Assembly: GCF_009914755.1 (NCBI RefSeq)
Contig: NC_060932.1
Reading direction: 5' to 3' (one strand)
Length of the DNA stretch: 64,000 nucleotides
Origin: the human T2T-CHM13v2.0 reference genome, Homo sapiens
Shown here: positions 35,008-50,342 of the stretch, piece by piece
How positions within the stretch are numbered: the first letter of the stretch is position 1
Layout of the letters: every line of letters starts with the position of its first letter
The notes under the pieces: model-generated
Told to the model about the DNA's origin: nothing
Databases searched by the model: none
Seen by the model: the letters and a program-made list of their open reading frames with translations, nothing else
Program-made: the position numbers and the translations under genes

Positions 35008-36739
35008 CTGCAAGATAAATCATGTTATAAAAGCAAAATTAAGGTACTCTCTCATTTTACATATGATCATGTTTTATAGGTAGTTTGTTAATGATTCCTT
35101 TGTTGTATTAGGTATTTTCTGGAAGCAAGCCTTAAGTCAAAATAAATACCCACGTTTACTAAACTTGATTCTATGGAACCATTTCAAGTAAGGCTTTTCT
35201 ACCTTCTCTGGTCACAGGGAATGCTGCACTTGTTTACAAGTATTATATATATGTAAGGTTGAAATCCTAATATTAATGAAAATCATTAAGAGTTCTGGCA
35301 GAAAATATCGATTTGCCTTTCCAGCAAAGTAATTAAAAATGGGCCACTAAGGAATATGAATTGGGAGTGCTATGAGGAAAAAAATCATATAACTAAGTGT
35401 AGCACCTACCCACTTAGAAGTTTCCGTCACCCAACCACTTCAGATTAGGACTGTTGTAAAAACACAAGACAGAGCGATCCTAAATTTCTTAAATGAAAAT
35501 GATCAAACTCCTCTTGCCAATAACCCCCACCCAATGGGAGTAAGGCCTGTAAGCTTAAAAATAACACATATGCCTCTGATCCAATTCTAGAGCATCAGGG
35601 TAGAGGCTTTCCCTTTGAGTGAAAATGAAGAAAACCTAGGATCCCAGTGGTATCTATATTTACACAACTAAGGCAGGTGTATAAACACCTCTATAATATT
35701 ATAAACCACCAACTTTCACCTCAGGAGCTTCTTTTATTTAACGTAAAGCATTAAAAAGCTTCAGAGCTAGTGTTCTGAGTACATATCACAAATACGGCAA
35801 TCCAAAGTGGAGGTTTAGACCTATAAAGCCCTATTGAGGAGTCTTATCAATCAACCAATGAAATTCAATCAAGAAATCATAGATTTCTTTTTATTTTATT
35901 GTTCTCTGTGATGCAGTAAACACACATAGGGAAAAGGGAGCCCATTTTTCTACCCCCAACTCCATGGGCAATGAGCTGTGTAGTCTTGCACATGTTATTC
36001 CAGTCTCTGAGCCTCAATTTCTTCATTTTTAAAATGGGGAAGGTGTATAAATTATATCCTTCCAACTGTAAACCCCCAGATTCAACTTTGTGAACTCTTT
36101 GAAAGCACTGTGCATATGGGTCACATAGCAGCATTAACAAAAATATTAATTTATCAGATGCCCTGCCTCCAAGAATGCAGATAAGAGGATTCACTGTGAT
36201 TTCCTGCAGCATAAAAGCCACACACAAAAAAGCACAAGTAGTTAAATTCTGAGTCATAGATGACAACAGTGTTGAAGGAAATAACACCAAAATTCCCAGC
36301 AAAACACCCAACCTAAGAAAAACATATTATGAATATGTTCAGGCAAGATTCCAAAATCTTCCTTCCAAATGCCTGCCCTGAGCTAGAAGCACAGCTCTGA
36401 AGACCTGATATGCAGTCGGTGAAGGGACAGCCCTTTGAATTCGCTCTGGTTCAGAGCACTACCTTTCTAAGGTCACAGTGTTGCCCCTTGCACACCTCAG
36501 GCCCAGCATCACAGGCAGGAAGACACTATGTGTCTGATAAAGTACATGCAGAACGGTAAATGAGAGGGTGCTTAGTGGAAGGCCAGTGAAAAATACACAC
36601 AATGATTCACAGAATCTATGGCTATATATTAGCCCTGTGGCCCTTGGGTAGTCAGCCGTGGGCTGAGAGTTCCCAAGCTTACAGTTTTAATCATTAAAAG
36701 TTATACAATATTTAAACATATGAAGTTTAAAATGTAGTA

Positions 36740-37250
36740 TGTCCTGACAATGAAATACTGTTCAGTGATAAAAGGAGATGAGCTATGAAAAGACACAGAG
36801 GGAAGTTAAATGCACAGTGCTAAGGGAAAGAAGCCAACTTTTCCTTGAAAAGGCTACATATTATATGATGTCAACTATATGACCTCCTAGAAAAGGCAAA
36901 ACTACGGAGACAGTAAAAAAATCAGCGGCTGCCAGGGGTTAGGGTTGTGAGGGAAATAAATAGGTGGGGCACAAGAATGTTTAGGGCAGAAAACTACGAC
37001 AGTGGTTACATTTACTAAACATGTGTCAAAACCCACAGAATGTCCAACAGCAAGAGGGAACCGTACAGTGGACTTTGAGTGATACCGATGTGCCAATGTA
37101 GGTGCACTGATCACAACAATGTACCACTCCGTCGGGGATGTGAATAATGCAGGTGGCTGTGCATGTGTGCAGGCAGGGCTAGCTGGGACTCTCCGTACCT
37201 TCTGCTCAATTTTGCTGTGAATCTAAAACTGCTCTTAAAAAGAAAAAGTC
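36740..37250 (+). mobile_element. L1MC/L1MB 3'-end fragment
   Basis: gaaaaggctacata...aaaaggcaaaactacggagacagtaaaaa...ctgtgaatctaaaactgctct. Confidence 0.75.
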
Positions 37251-37337
37251 TTTAAAAACATGATAATGTAACAGACATCCAGATTGGCCACAACTGCTCC
37301 AGATGTCTCTTAAGAAAAAAAAACAAAACAGAAAAAA

Positions 37338-37635
<298 letters not shown>

Positions 37636-38188
37636 TTACAAATAAAGTCTCGTGTTTTCGTGTCATCCTGCTTCTTTCCTATGAAGATTGTTAATATTCC
37701 CAAGAACTTTTTGTCCTTTCACTACTTACATACTAGCTATGTGGGCTTGGGCAGATTACTTAGCCTCTCTGTCCTTCAGTTTCCTCAACTGTAAAATGGT
37801 AATAATAGCCTCTGTATCAAACTGTTATTATTTATGTTAGCCCTTATTACTATTATTCTCAAATAATATATATATTTTATAGGTACTAAAATTTACATAT
37901 ATATTATAGTCTGCAATTTTTATCCAACTTTTTTTAGATATCCATATTATGTAAATAAATTTCATTAATTTTAACAGCTATATAATATTCCACTCTATAT
38001 CTTAAATTATTTATCCATCCCCCTACTGTTGACAGTTGTTCCCTCCTTTTCAATATTTACAAACAGTACAGTAAAAAAAAAAAAAAACCTTTCTACAGTC
38101 TCCTTGTGGAAAGTCTCCCTGTACCTGGATTTCTATAAGTGAAATGGGCTGGGTCATAGAGTTCCTAAGTCTTCAGCTCTATCATGCA

Positions 38189-38522
38189 CAGTTGGCCCTC
38201 TGTATTCTCGGGTTCCACATCCTTGGAGTCAACCAACCACAGAGCACAAATATTTGAAAAAAATAAAAATAACAATACAACAAAAAATAATGGTAATAGA
38301 AAACCAATCCAGTGTAACGACTATTTACACAGCACCTACATTGTATTAAGTATTGCAAGTAATCTAGAGATGATTTTAAATATATGGGAGGATGTGCATA
38401 GGCTATATGCAAATACACCATGTTATTATGTAAGGGACTTCTGCGTGTGTGGATTTGAGAATCTATGGGGGCTGGGGTGGGGGTGCTGGAAACAATTCTC
38501 CTTGGATACTGAGGGATGACTC
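38189..38522. mobile_element. MER2 (Tigger-family DNA transposon relic)
   Basis: Termini CAGTTGGCCCTCTGTAT... and ...GGATACTGAGGGATGACT. Confidence 0.85.
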
Positions 38523-41501
38523 TACTGCCAAATTGCTCTTGAAAAGGGCTGCAGTGGTTTATGCTCTCACCAGTAGGTTGGGAAAGTTCCTTTTCCCATA
38601 TCCCAACTAATACTTGGTAATGCTGATGCTTTCAGTTTTGCCAATCTTATAATATTTCTCTAAGAATATTAATGGCAGTTTTTGTTTTCTTCTCTGAATG
38701 TTGTTTTCCAGACTTTTTAGAATTTGCTTGCTTATATGTGTGTGTGTTGTGGGGGTGTGGTCTCTGTCCTGCATGTTGAGCTTTCCTCAGTTTTCTGCTA
38801 ATTTTTGCCTATCCATTCACATGTAAGAGCAAGACACAGGATGCTGGCTGGCAGTGCCGTGTGCCGTGTGCATGGGCAGGCTTTCTTAGCTGCCAAGCTT
38901 TGCTATGGGGGATTTGGCCAATGTAACATCTGCGAGTCCTTTGTCTTCGATGTTTGTAGGCCCCGGCATGGAATCTTCTGAACACCTGAGTGCATCACGT
39001 TGGATGCCAGTGTCCTAAGAGGACAGCTGGGGCAGTAACCATGGGTCTCATTCTTCCATACTTACACTTTCACTTAACCCCTGTTTTTGGCCTGGAATTC
39101 CCCATCCCCTCTTCCAGCTTTGCCTGGTACTCCTGATCCCAGAGTCCCTGCGGTCAACGTTTCCAGAAAGGTTGACTTTCCAGAAAGTGTATCACCATCT
39201 TCTCTTGTGGAAGTGTGGAAAGAGGCTTCACTAGGCAGTGCAGGGGAGGAAGGAGGCTGGGACCCAATGAACTGCTTCTCGTGCAAACATTCGGCTACTA
39301 CTCGTTTCAGAGATACCTGATGGCTCGAATTCCAGAGATTGTCTAAGGATCTGCACTTCTATTTAGCTTACTTTGGGGTTTCTCATACTTCCGCCATAAA
39401 TTGCAGCTTTTTTTTCTAGTCTGTGGCATTACTTATCACTCATCCATTTATTTTGCAGCTTTTATATTTTTGTTTCCATGACCTCCTCTTTCAATCTCCC
39501 GTCCTTCTGTATTTTTGCCTTTTTTTCCACTTCATTCTCATTTCAGTGGGAAGTCAGGAGGAGGTGGGTAAGTTATTATATGTTGTGTTTAACTGGAACA
39601 GAAACAAGAAATTCCTTTGGGTCTGTGCAAGGCAGAAGCTGGAACTGAGACTCCCTACATCAAACTGAGCTGTTAAAAAAAATCCACTCATGCACTCAGG
39701 ATGATGATGGGAAGCCAGTCTCTGCCTGGACCCTGCATGAGGAAAACAAAAATCTCTCCTGAGATGCTGAAACCCTGGGCCTAGTCTCACACATGTTTGG
39801 GATCCGAACACACCTTCCTTATGCACGGAAGCCCCCAAGATAAGGAATTATCATGCTCGGGCTGGGAATCTCACAGACACCCAGCAGACGTACACCAAAT
39901 GCTGCTTAGGAGCAGCGCTTCCACAGTTCTGTGGAGTCCACAGAAAAAGCTGGGCTGAAGACAAGTTTACAGCACACCAGTGAACAGCGTTCATGATAAT
40001 GGCTAGCAGGCAGAGGAAAAAAGGTACAGGATGAGCACCCCAAGACCCCGATATGATAGAACAGTCATCTGGAACAGGCTTTAGGTTACTGGAACTGCAG
40101 CAGGAGGATGGACGGCTCCCACAAACATAACGGATAGTGTTCCCGATGGGTCTGGACTCGCTCTTCCTGTGGTTCCAGGAGGAATCGCTGTTGGCCACTG
40201 CAGTGGGGTCCTACCGCATCATGTCGGCTAATTCACAGCCAGGTTTCCTGAGATTCTCTTGTCTGGATGGTTCCAGGTTAGGGTCTGCTACAGGTATTGT
40301 GCATGTTTGGAAGGTGACGTGAAGTGGCAGCTGATGAAGCTGTCCCTGCCCACTCCAATCTGTCCTCACTCCCCTGCCTCTGATGGCCAGTTCTGTGCCC
40401 CCCAGGGACAGCTGACACAGGAGAAGCAGCCTCCACAGGCATCCTCTCCAGCCCCTGCTGCAGGCCTTCACCAGTGACTTGTCCTCTGCTCTTCCAGGCA
40501 CCCAGCCCTACACCCTCACATCTCCAACGTCTCCTGAAAACAAGAGCACTGCTCATTGTCCTGCTTCCCTGATCGAACTCACCGACACTTCCAGATGTTT
40601 TTAACAGCAGGGATTTCACATTAGCTTACTCTGCCATCTTGGGGAAATAGGAGGGCCTCCTTGTTTAACTTAGATTTTAGTATTATGTGAACTGAACCAT
40701 ACGTCTGAGTAATAATCATGATATACGCATGGGCAATAGCACATAGCAATGTTTAAGGGCTTCAGAGGCAGACACAGCTGCACTCAAACTCCAGCTCTGC
40801 CCATGCTCAACATGGTAACCTGGGCTAGTTACTGAGCCTCGCTGTCTTCAAATATAAAATGGGGATAAAAACACCTTCCTCAAACAGTTGTGAAGATGAA
40901 ATAATACCAATAAGCATTACACTGGCATAAAGAAGATTCCCGAAAATGGTAGCTATGATACACATTGTATTATCTGTGCCTCCAGCAGGGGTGTCCTGGG
41001 AGGAAGGAGCTGTTAGACTCACTCAAACATGTCAACGCTGAAGCTCCGAAAAGTTAAGGCACGAAGTGATCAACAGCAGAAAGACATCTCAAATGCAAGT
41101 CTTCTGAGAGACAAACCTCGAGTTTTTGCCACCACATCATGGCTACCTTGGTGGGTTTTACCAGAAATAATAATAATAATAGTGACACTTACATACCAGG
41201 TACCAGACACTATGCTTTATATAGATTAGCTTTAGCTTTTCAATCCTCAAACAATCATTCTGAGGAAGGCACTTATTATTCTCATTCTTGATTGTGGAAA
41301 CCAATGCAAACAGAGGCTAAGTGCTTGTCCAGCATCTCCCAGCTGATGGATACGTGGTGAGACGAGGCTCCAGTCTGGCTCCAGTCTGGCTCTTAATTAA
41401 TGCCTCTCAACCTCAGGTTGGTTTTTTTTCATAATTCAGCAGGAACCAATCTTGGTTCCCAAATACCATCAGCTTAAAGGTTGTGCTTTCTATCACTTAC
41501 A

Positions 41502-41862
41502 ACAGTGCTGCCCTAATACAGGACTCACTAGTCACATGTGGCTACGAAACACTTGAAATATGTCTGATCAGGATTGAGATAGATATGCTGTAAGTGTAAA
41601 ATATGAATCAAATTTTAAAGGCATGCTACACACAAAAAATGCAAAAACACTTCATTACTAGCTTTTTATACTGATAATGTTGAAATAACATTTGGGATAG
41701 ACGGGGTTAAATAAAATACATTATGAAAATTAATAATATAAATATATATATTTACATAACATATGAGATTTTCTTTTTACTTTTAATGTGGCCACCAGAA
41801 AGTTTAAAATTCCAAATGTTTTCTGCACTTGTGTCTTGCATTTTACTTCTATGCACAGTATT
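41502..41862. mobile_element. MER33 (hAT-Charlie relic)
   Basis: ctagtcacatgtggcta...gctgtaagtgtaaaata...gggttaaataaaata. Confidence 0.8.
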
Positions 41863-44145
41863 GACTTAGACTGCTCAAGGAAGCTGAATCTGATCAAAAG
41901 TCTTCAAACATTTTTGCACATGTACCTCTAAAATAAAATATGAAACTACATATTCCCTCACACACCCTGAGATGATGCATGATAGCAAGACGGAGGGTGT
42001 GGTAAAGGGTATGTTTTTTTTTGTAAGGTGGCAACAAGGCAATTGGGAAGGGAGCTGAGAAGGGAGAGCTGGCTTAAAGCTGGCCCCAGGAGCATTCTGA
42101 GAGGCAGGTCATGTAATCGTAGTAAGGAGGACATACAGAAGCTGATGATCTAGAAGCCAATTTCCATAAAGTAATGTACCCAGGGTGCAATTCAAAAAGT
42201 CTTCCTGTGAATTCAGGGGTGCATGGACCCAATTGGAAGACAGCACAATCTGATGCAAAGGCCAAGTGCCAGCCCCGAGTTAAAACTGAGCAAGCTCGGC
42301 CCTTCTGGAGATCTGATGCCTTGTGACAGTGCCCAGCAATACCAGACAGGCCCTCCAAGCATCAGGCTCACTTCTGCCTATGCACGCGGCCCTGAAACAC
42401 GGCCCAGTGGAAAGCATGGCAAATTCCAGCACCCTCCATGAGCTCTCACCACTCCCTGGGCGCCTGCTGTTTGGGCTTTCTGTCCAACCCCAGGCCATGC
42501 CCCAAAGTGTTCAACTTAATCCTAAAATACACACATTCCACTGCGTGAAGTCTCAGGATGCAATTGATTCCTCCAAGCCTTCCATAGATAACATTCTCTT
42601 GCAGTCTTTTTTTTTACTGAACAGGCCAAACTTTCCAGTTGTTATTATAGGGCTTAGGGCTAGTTAGCATTCTCGTTGATTATAAGTTCAGGGGGCCTGA
42701 GGAATACCTTGGCATCTAAGCTCTGACGCTTAGCCCAGGAACAAAAGATCCTTTTCACCACCTTCTCTTCCCACAAGGCATGGAAATGACTGCAAGTTTA
42801 AAAATAAAGACACTGGGCTTGCCAGCTAACCTGGAAATGGCCTGTGCCAAAAGCAAGAGAGGAATGGATGGCCACAGGACCAGGCCCTAGAATGTCCTGC
42901 CAGAGAGAATGTCCCCACGCTTCTCTGTCCAGTTAGCTCTCAGCAATGGGACAGGCTGCTGTGGCTCTCACCATGTCAGCACTAACAAGGCTTCTTGTTC
43001 AACATTTCTGTTTTCAGGAGCATTAACATTGCGTGTGCTAAGTAAAATAACCCCACCAGTTTCTCAAGCAAAGTTAACCACTGAGAGGGTGTTTTCTTCC
43101 CCTGTGTGCTGAGTGGCAGTGTGAAAAGCAAAGAGGTCTGCAGATGATTAATAGACATGGGCAGATGGGGATACACTTGAGACCAAAGCGATTAGCGCCT
43201 GGATTTTTAAATATAAAACTGTTGGGTTTGTTTGGATAAACTCAGGATAAGGCAGAAATACTTATTTGTTCACTCTTGTTGCCAAACCCAAACCAATATT
43301 TACAAACCATTTTGCTGAACAAAGTTCATTTCAGCTGACATCAGAGACATATGCCACAAATTGCAGAGAATGGGGCTTACTAATCCTGAGTTTCATGCCC
43401 AGGTCTAGTGATATTTGTTTTATATAAAAGGACAACTACATGTCACAAACATATATAAACTACAGTAAAAAAATAAAAAAGCAAAGACAAAAGATATAAT
43501 TTTAGGACCTCTGCAAATGTGGAATTTACTTAGAAGAAAATAAGCCTCAGATAATCTGCCTTAGGTATTTCCTATACCACTCTTATTTTCTCCTATGCAA
43601 TTGCTGGTGGGGTCAGTGAGGGTGCAGAAAAAGTCTCCATTTGAACCCTGTGGGGTTGGTCTTTCTTGTACCCTGAGATCTGAAGTTGAAACATATACAG
43701 CCCTCCCTTGATTACCAGCCCAGCACTTGTCTGAGTTCTGCCTGTTGGCTCTGTCCTCTTCCCATTTTGGAGTCATGAAGCCAAGATCCATAAGACAGTC
43801 TTCAGAGAACTGGCAAAATGATGATAATGTCCCTCCACTGAACATCCACCAGGTGAAGCCATTCAAAGAGGACTTTATTATGGCCTGTACGAGCGAAGTG
43901 TTTAGGCTACACAAGCTCATCACCATGTGTTCCAGAATACTATTTACCAATGGCCTAAAGAAAATCAAGCAGCAAGTTCATAGAATAATGTGCTATTAGT
44001 ATATATGAATGTGAATTTTTGTGTCTAAAGACAAATTCACAGTGTATCATGGTAACCTGTACTATCCTAGGTTTAACACGTGGTAAGGAAAAGTGAGTAT
44101 TAACTGCAGAGGTGTGTAAAACTTTGCAACAAATAAAAAACATGT

Positions 44146-44432
44146 GGCTGGGCACATTGGGTCATGCCTGTAATCCCAGAACTTTGGGAGGCCAAGGCAG
44201 TAGGATTGCTTGAGCCCAGGAGTTCAAGATCAACCTGGGTAATGTAGCAAGACCCCATCTCTACAAAAAATAAAAATAAAAAATTAGCTGGGTGTGGAGG
44301 TGCACGCCTGTAGTCCCAGATACTCAGGAGGGTGAGGCAGGAGGATCACTTGAGCCCAGGAGTCAGAGGCTGCTGTGAGCTACAGTTGCATCACTGCACT
44401 TCAGCCTGGACAACACAGGGAGACCCTCTCTC
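44146..44432 (+). mobile_element. AluJ
   Basis: ggattgcttgagcccaggag in both arms. Confidence 0.9.
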
Positions 44433-44557
44433 TTATTTTAAAAATATATGTATGTGTGTGCCCATTTCTGTTACATCTGCCATATGTAAATAATGGGGCT
44501 TGGTGCTTTCATCTTAATGAACCTTCACAACCTCCCATCTAGAGTGGATTGAATTAT

Positions 44558-44854
<297 letters not shown>

Positions 44855-47769
44855 AACAGAATTATCTTGATTTATTAAGGAGTAATGGGCTCAGATGCTA
44901 GCAACACAGCAAATACACTGGGGTCGAAATCTACATCCCTTGACTCCACTTTCCATATTATTTTCACTAAAAAATAGAGAATAATTAAAAGTCAATATAC
45001 AAACGGAGCCAGGATGAACAGGAACCAAACTGAAGGTAGGGTTTAAGGGATGCTAAAATCTAACAGGGAACTCCAAGCAAATGGCACAAGAGAAGTCGAC
45101 ACTGGGAAAAGATGGGGTGTTGAGAGGCTGGAAAGTCCGGCGTGGATGTAAAGTGGTAGGCACTAGAGAGGAGGCCAGGAATCCCGGAAGACTGAGATGG
45201 TGGCTGCCAGTAACTCAAGTGGTAAAATGAGCAGCACTTGCAGCAGAGGCCGCAGGGGTGGGGGGTCATTCCACACACCTCATGCCAGCTGAGAAAGCTT
45301 CCAGGACCAACACTCCTATGAACTTTGAGACTGTATTGTCACTGGCAAGCAAATATCGAACTGCCAAACCCCACCTAGAGCCTTATGGAGAAAGCTCCTT
45401 TTATCACTAACATTAGCCACAACTGTCTTGAGTTTGATGGGCTACACTTTCTTCTACAAGCACTCATTTTGAAGCTCTCCTAGTTCTCTGAAAATCTGCC
45501 ATCTTGGTTAACAGAACAATAATTCTGAAGGTGAACATTTTAAAATTAATCTTTGAACTGTCTCAGTGCACTGCAAAATAAAACATCGCTGAGAGAAATA
45601 TAACTACTATTCTCTCATTAAATAACCTTCTTTTCTTTTGTCCCTTTGATAATGTCAAACGCTTTGGCTTTGACATCCAGTTAAAACATTCAATGTGACT
45701 TACCCAGGGAAGGCCCTCAGTGACATCACTAATAAACAAGCAAGATCTTTCCTTCCTGCCATGATTTCTGCTCTAGGTCAAAATTGGTTACTTCTTTCAG
45801 AATAAATGAAGGAAGCACTTGTCTATCCAATGCCTGGCATATAGAACACTCTCAGTAACTGTCTGATGAATAGATGAGCGTCTGCGATAAATGTCCCGGC
45901 TCCTGTGTGTTAAGTACTTACTACAAGCAGGTATTGTGCCTGAGGCTCTGCATAATCTACCCTACAGGGTAGATGCACTCTCCATCTTCAGATTGGAAAC
46001 AGTGGCTTCAAGAGGTTTCCCAGGCCATCCATGGTTACATAGCCAGTAAATAACTGAGCTGGAATCCATTCCACCGCACATGCATCCATGCTCTTCCTCT
46101 AGCCTCTGCCTCTGCGCTTAGTGTTGGACGGTCCAGATGGGCAGATCCCATCCAGCACCTGAGCAGCTGTGTTTGAAATCCTCATACAACACCAGAGAGG
46201 CAAAAGCACACATACTTGATCCATTTCCTTCTTCTAAATGACCATGTCGATAGCCAGTGAAGCCTAACAGGCTGCTGGTCTAGCAGAACACTTGTTAATA
46301 GGCCATACAAACTGCTATTTCCATGTAGAGCGACCTATTTCCACTTTAATGGGAAAATGGGTTTTCTATGTGGAAACCTAGGCCAAGGTGCCAAATTTTG
46401 AGAAAGAAATGACTAGATTTTCAGGTTATTATTGGTTATCTCCTCCAATAGCTAAGTAATCTGAGGAAATTAATAATGGTTAAAAACTGAGACTACAGAA
46501 AGCTGGAGAAGGACCAACCTTTACAGCTTTTCATTAGCTCACATCTGGTAGAATTTCACAGCATAAATTTGCAGGTAATGTGATAAAAGAAATACTTTTA
46601 AATGAAAAGCTTAAATTTGCAATATCTACAAAGGGCTGAGTCCATCTTCCATTTCCTCAAGGTTGAATTAGCCAGCACTCCATAAAGACATGAGGTACGG
46701 AAGAATGTGTCGAGCAAAAGGGACATCGGAACCGACAGCCACAGCCTCTCCTCTCCAAGCAGAGAGAACTATTTCAGAGAAACCACTGGAGCTGGGTGTG
46801 TCCGGGGCTCTTCCCTTTAGACTGCCTCCAAGGCACCTTGGCAGGGAGACTAGAGCAGGCATCCAACATGTGACCGTCATACCCACCACGATGGTGCCTC
46901 CCACGACAACTCCAAGTGCTCTGCCTCCAACCATCCTTTCCACACCGAATGAAGATTTCAATCCATCAGGCCTCAAAACCTTTGCGTGGAAGAACAGATC
47001 GGGTATCATCTCTAGGGCCACCTGACTTTGCCACAAAACATTCTCCACAGTCAATGCCCATCATGTCAGGGAACATTTTTTTAAGTGGTTCTATTTTGAG
47101 GCCTGCTAAAAAGATTCCAGTCTTTTAGAATGGATCTGCTTGGCCCCCTTTCATTCAGTCCCTGACCGTACGATCGCCCACATGCCTGAGCTGACGCGGG
47201 GCCTGCGTCCCACATGCTCTGGGCTCACTTCCCCTGCTCCACTGTCAGGCTAAGATTTGCAAGTCCACAGAACAACTTGCTGAGAAAATACCCAAAGGCC
47301 TATGTCTTGTTTATTAAATCATTTTTGATGAACGTGCGCTGATTGCACACAGACCCTATCACGAGACAAACACTTCTGAAACTGTGCTCTTACTTCATGT
47401 CTTTTGAATAAAGAAATTCAGCAAATGTACCCATAGGAAGGCATGGGGCCTACCAAATACTTGCCTGGCTGACTGAATTCACCTACAGCCCATCAACGTA
47501 TCCATTTCATTGAGTGCTTATTTTCAAATACATTATTGCTTCCCAAGAGAAAGCATACCCACCTTACACTGGAAAGCACTTTATAGTTTGCAAGAAATCC
47601 TTTTAATGATCATGAATTAAAGTGGGGAAGATATGTTGCTTACATTGCTTTACAAATACAGAAAATGAGATTTGTTCAAGTTTACGCAGAGACTCAATCA
47701 AGAACCCAAACCTAGGACTTCACACACTGAGGCCAGGGCACCTTCCATTCCAACCCACTACCTCGAGAG

Positions 47770-48005
47770 GCAGAAAAGCCTGGTGGTTAAGAGTGAGGCA
47801 TCTGCACTCACAGTAAGTAGGTAAAAATGGTGGTTCTACCACTTACTATTTTGAGCTGAAACAGGTTTCTCAGGCTCTGTGCCTCAATTTCCTCATCCGT
47901 AAAATGAAGATAAGAGTGGCAACAACAACTTCAATGAGGTTTACTTGAGTAAATACAGCTTAAAAAATCTGAACCGTGTCCAATACATAGTAAGCCTTCC
48001 ATAAA
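47770..48005 (+). mobile_element. MIR
   Basis: tggttaagag...ctctgtgcctcaatttcctcatccgtaaaatg. Confidence 0.75.
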
Positions 48006-48214
48006 CGTATCTTCATTACGATGTGAGGTGGTTATAATGATCCTTGCAGTTCATATAATGATCCTTGTGGTCACAAGCTGTGAGCTTGTCTTACATCAGA
48101 ATCACTACTCAACAACGATCACTGTAATATGATAAAAAGTGCTAGGTTAAAATACTGCTTTGTAACGTGATACTGGAAAGGATGTTTTTAAAAGACAATT
48201 TAAAAGTGTAATAC

Positions 48215-48535
48215 ACCAGACTCTGTAACTGGAGAGAGGCACTCCCACTGGCCTTGAAGAAACAGGCTGCCATGCTGTGAACAGCCAACATGTGGGGCCC
48301 TCAGCTGAATTCTGCCAACAACCATAAGTGCTTGGAAGTAGGTTCTTCCCTGTTCAAACTTCCTGATGAGAACGCAGCCCAGCTGCCACTTTGACTGCAG
48401 CCTTGAAAGATGCTAAGAGGGTCCCTGAGTTCCAATTTATGCTTGAGAAACATCCAGACTCCTGCCCTACAGAAACCATGAGATAATAAATATCATTTTT
48501 TAAAAAAGGAATATACCGACCATAGCAAGTATTTT
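48215..48535 (+). mobile_element. MLT1-type MaLR LTR fragment
   Basis: ggccttgaagaa...ctgccaaacaacca...gatgagaacgcagccc...cagaaaccatgagataataaat. Confidence 0.7.
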
Positions 48536-48881
48536 GTAAATAAAGAGGGAAAAAGGGAATAACATCAGTCTTATCTTTCCTTGGTAATGCAGTGACCATT
48601 CTGCACATGCTCTCCTAGTCTTTCTTCAGACATATGATTTACTGTATAGTGAATAAGAATATGCAAGCAATTTTACGACCTGAATTTTTTGCTTACATTA
48701 TACATATTCTCCCATGTTAGTACATATAGTCTTCACATTTAGTATTTTTCATGGATGCAAACTTTTCTATCAAGAAGGTGAAGTAAAATTAATCAGTCTA
48801 CTACTGTTAGACATTCATTCGGCTTCCAATATTCTACTATTATAAATAAAACACTACTATCAACATAGGCATGTCTATATC

Positions 48882-49205
<324 letters not shown>

Positions 49206-50028
49206 TAAAAACGTATTTTGGATTAGTCCCTAAGAGGAAGAAACCTGGTAAAAAAAAAAACTATCTCTAAACCAAATATATTATGTCTGTCTAAGCCAAT
49301 TTAAATAATACGATAAATATTTAGAGCACTAGTTTTACCACATTCTTTTGAGTATTGAATATCTTAATTTGTAAAAAATTGGGAGGCAAATGGTACTTTG
49401 AGGTTTTAACTTACATTTCTCTAATTACCAGAGCAAATTTACATGTTTATCTACATGTTTATTTCAACTTACTGTTTACTCTTTTAAAAAATTATGCTTT
49501 TTCATCTATACAGTACAGATAATACCACATACTGCACACAATTGTTGTGAAAATCTCATACAATCATTTAAATGAAAATACTTATGAAGTGTGGCAAAGA
49601 GCAGTTGCTCAATTTTTAGTTTAATGAATACATTGATGAATAAGTGGTCAGTGAAACAATGACCAACAGTATTAATCTAACAGTCACGTGGAAGGTAGGC
49701 AGGCACAAAGCTACTCGTGGGGAGAAAGTGAAATTTTCTAGGTGACCTCCAAAAGATGGCAAGTTGATTGGCAGAGGAGGAAGATGTCCCTGTTGCTTCT
49801 TTCCTATCAGTGCCTGCTGACCTTCAGGGCAGATATGAAGGGTGTCCCAGTGGGGCACACCCTCAACAAGTGGAGAGATGCAAGTAACTCCATACACCTT
49901 TCCACCTTCCTCTTCACCACTTCCTCCCCAACACCCAGGATGCCTAAGAGGTAAAAGCTCCACCTCTGCTGATAATAATAGGCTGGCCTTGAAAGGGACT
50001 ATTCCAGGCTCTTCTACGGACTGTTTTA

Positions 50029-50342
50029 ATGGATGGAGCTGGAAGCCATTATCCTCAGTAAACTAACTCAGGAATAGAAAACCAAGCACCACATGTTCTC
50101 ACTTAAAAGTGGGAGCTGAACAATGAGAACACATGGCCACACGTAGGGGAATAACACACATTGGGGCCTGTTGGCGGGGGTGGGGGAGTGGAGGGAGAGC
50201 ATAAGGAAAAATAGCTAATGCCTGCTAGGCTTAACAGTTAGATGATGGGTTGACAGGTGCAGCAAACCATCATGGCACACGTTCACTTATGTACATCCTG
50301 CACATACCCCAGAACTTAAAAATTTTAAATAAAAAAAGAAAA
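50029..50342 (+). mobile_element. Old L1PA (about L1PA13-16) 3'-end fragment
   Basis: ggatggagctggaagccattatcctcag...ggtgcagcaaaccatcatggcacac, then an A-rich tail. Confidence 0.85.

Noticed and set aside
39074-40619. Cluster of overlapping 60-115 aa ORFs
   Set aside because: No recognisable domain or splice-compatible frame; consistent with higher local GC and old repeat relics.
41442-41459. GGAACCAA-TC-TTGGTTCC inverted repeat
   Set aside because: An 8-bp stem is within chance expectation for 64 kb and has no supporting context.
46668-47128. Overlapping ORFs, one with a mucin-like PTTMVPPTTTPS stretch
   Set aside because: Short, no convincing splice context or recognisable domain; expected by chance in GC-richer intron.
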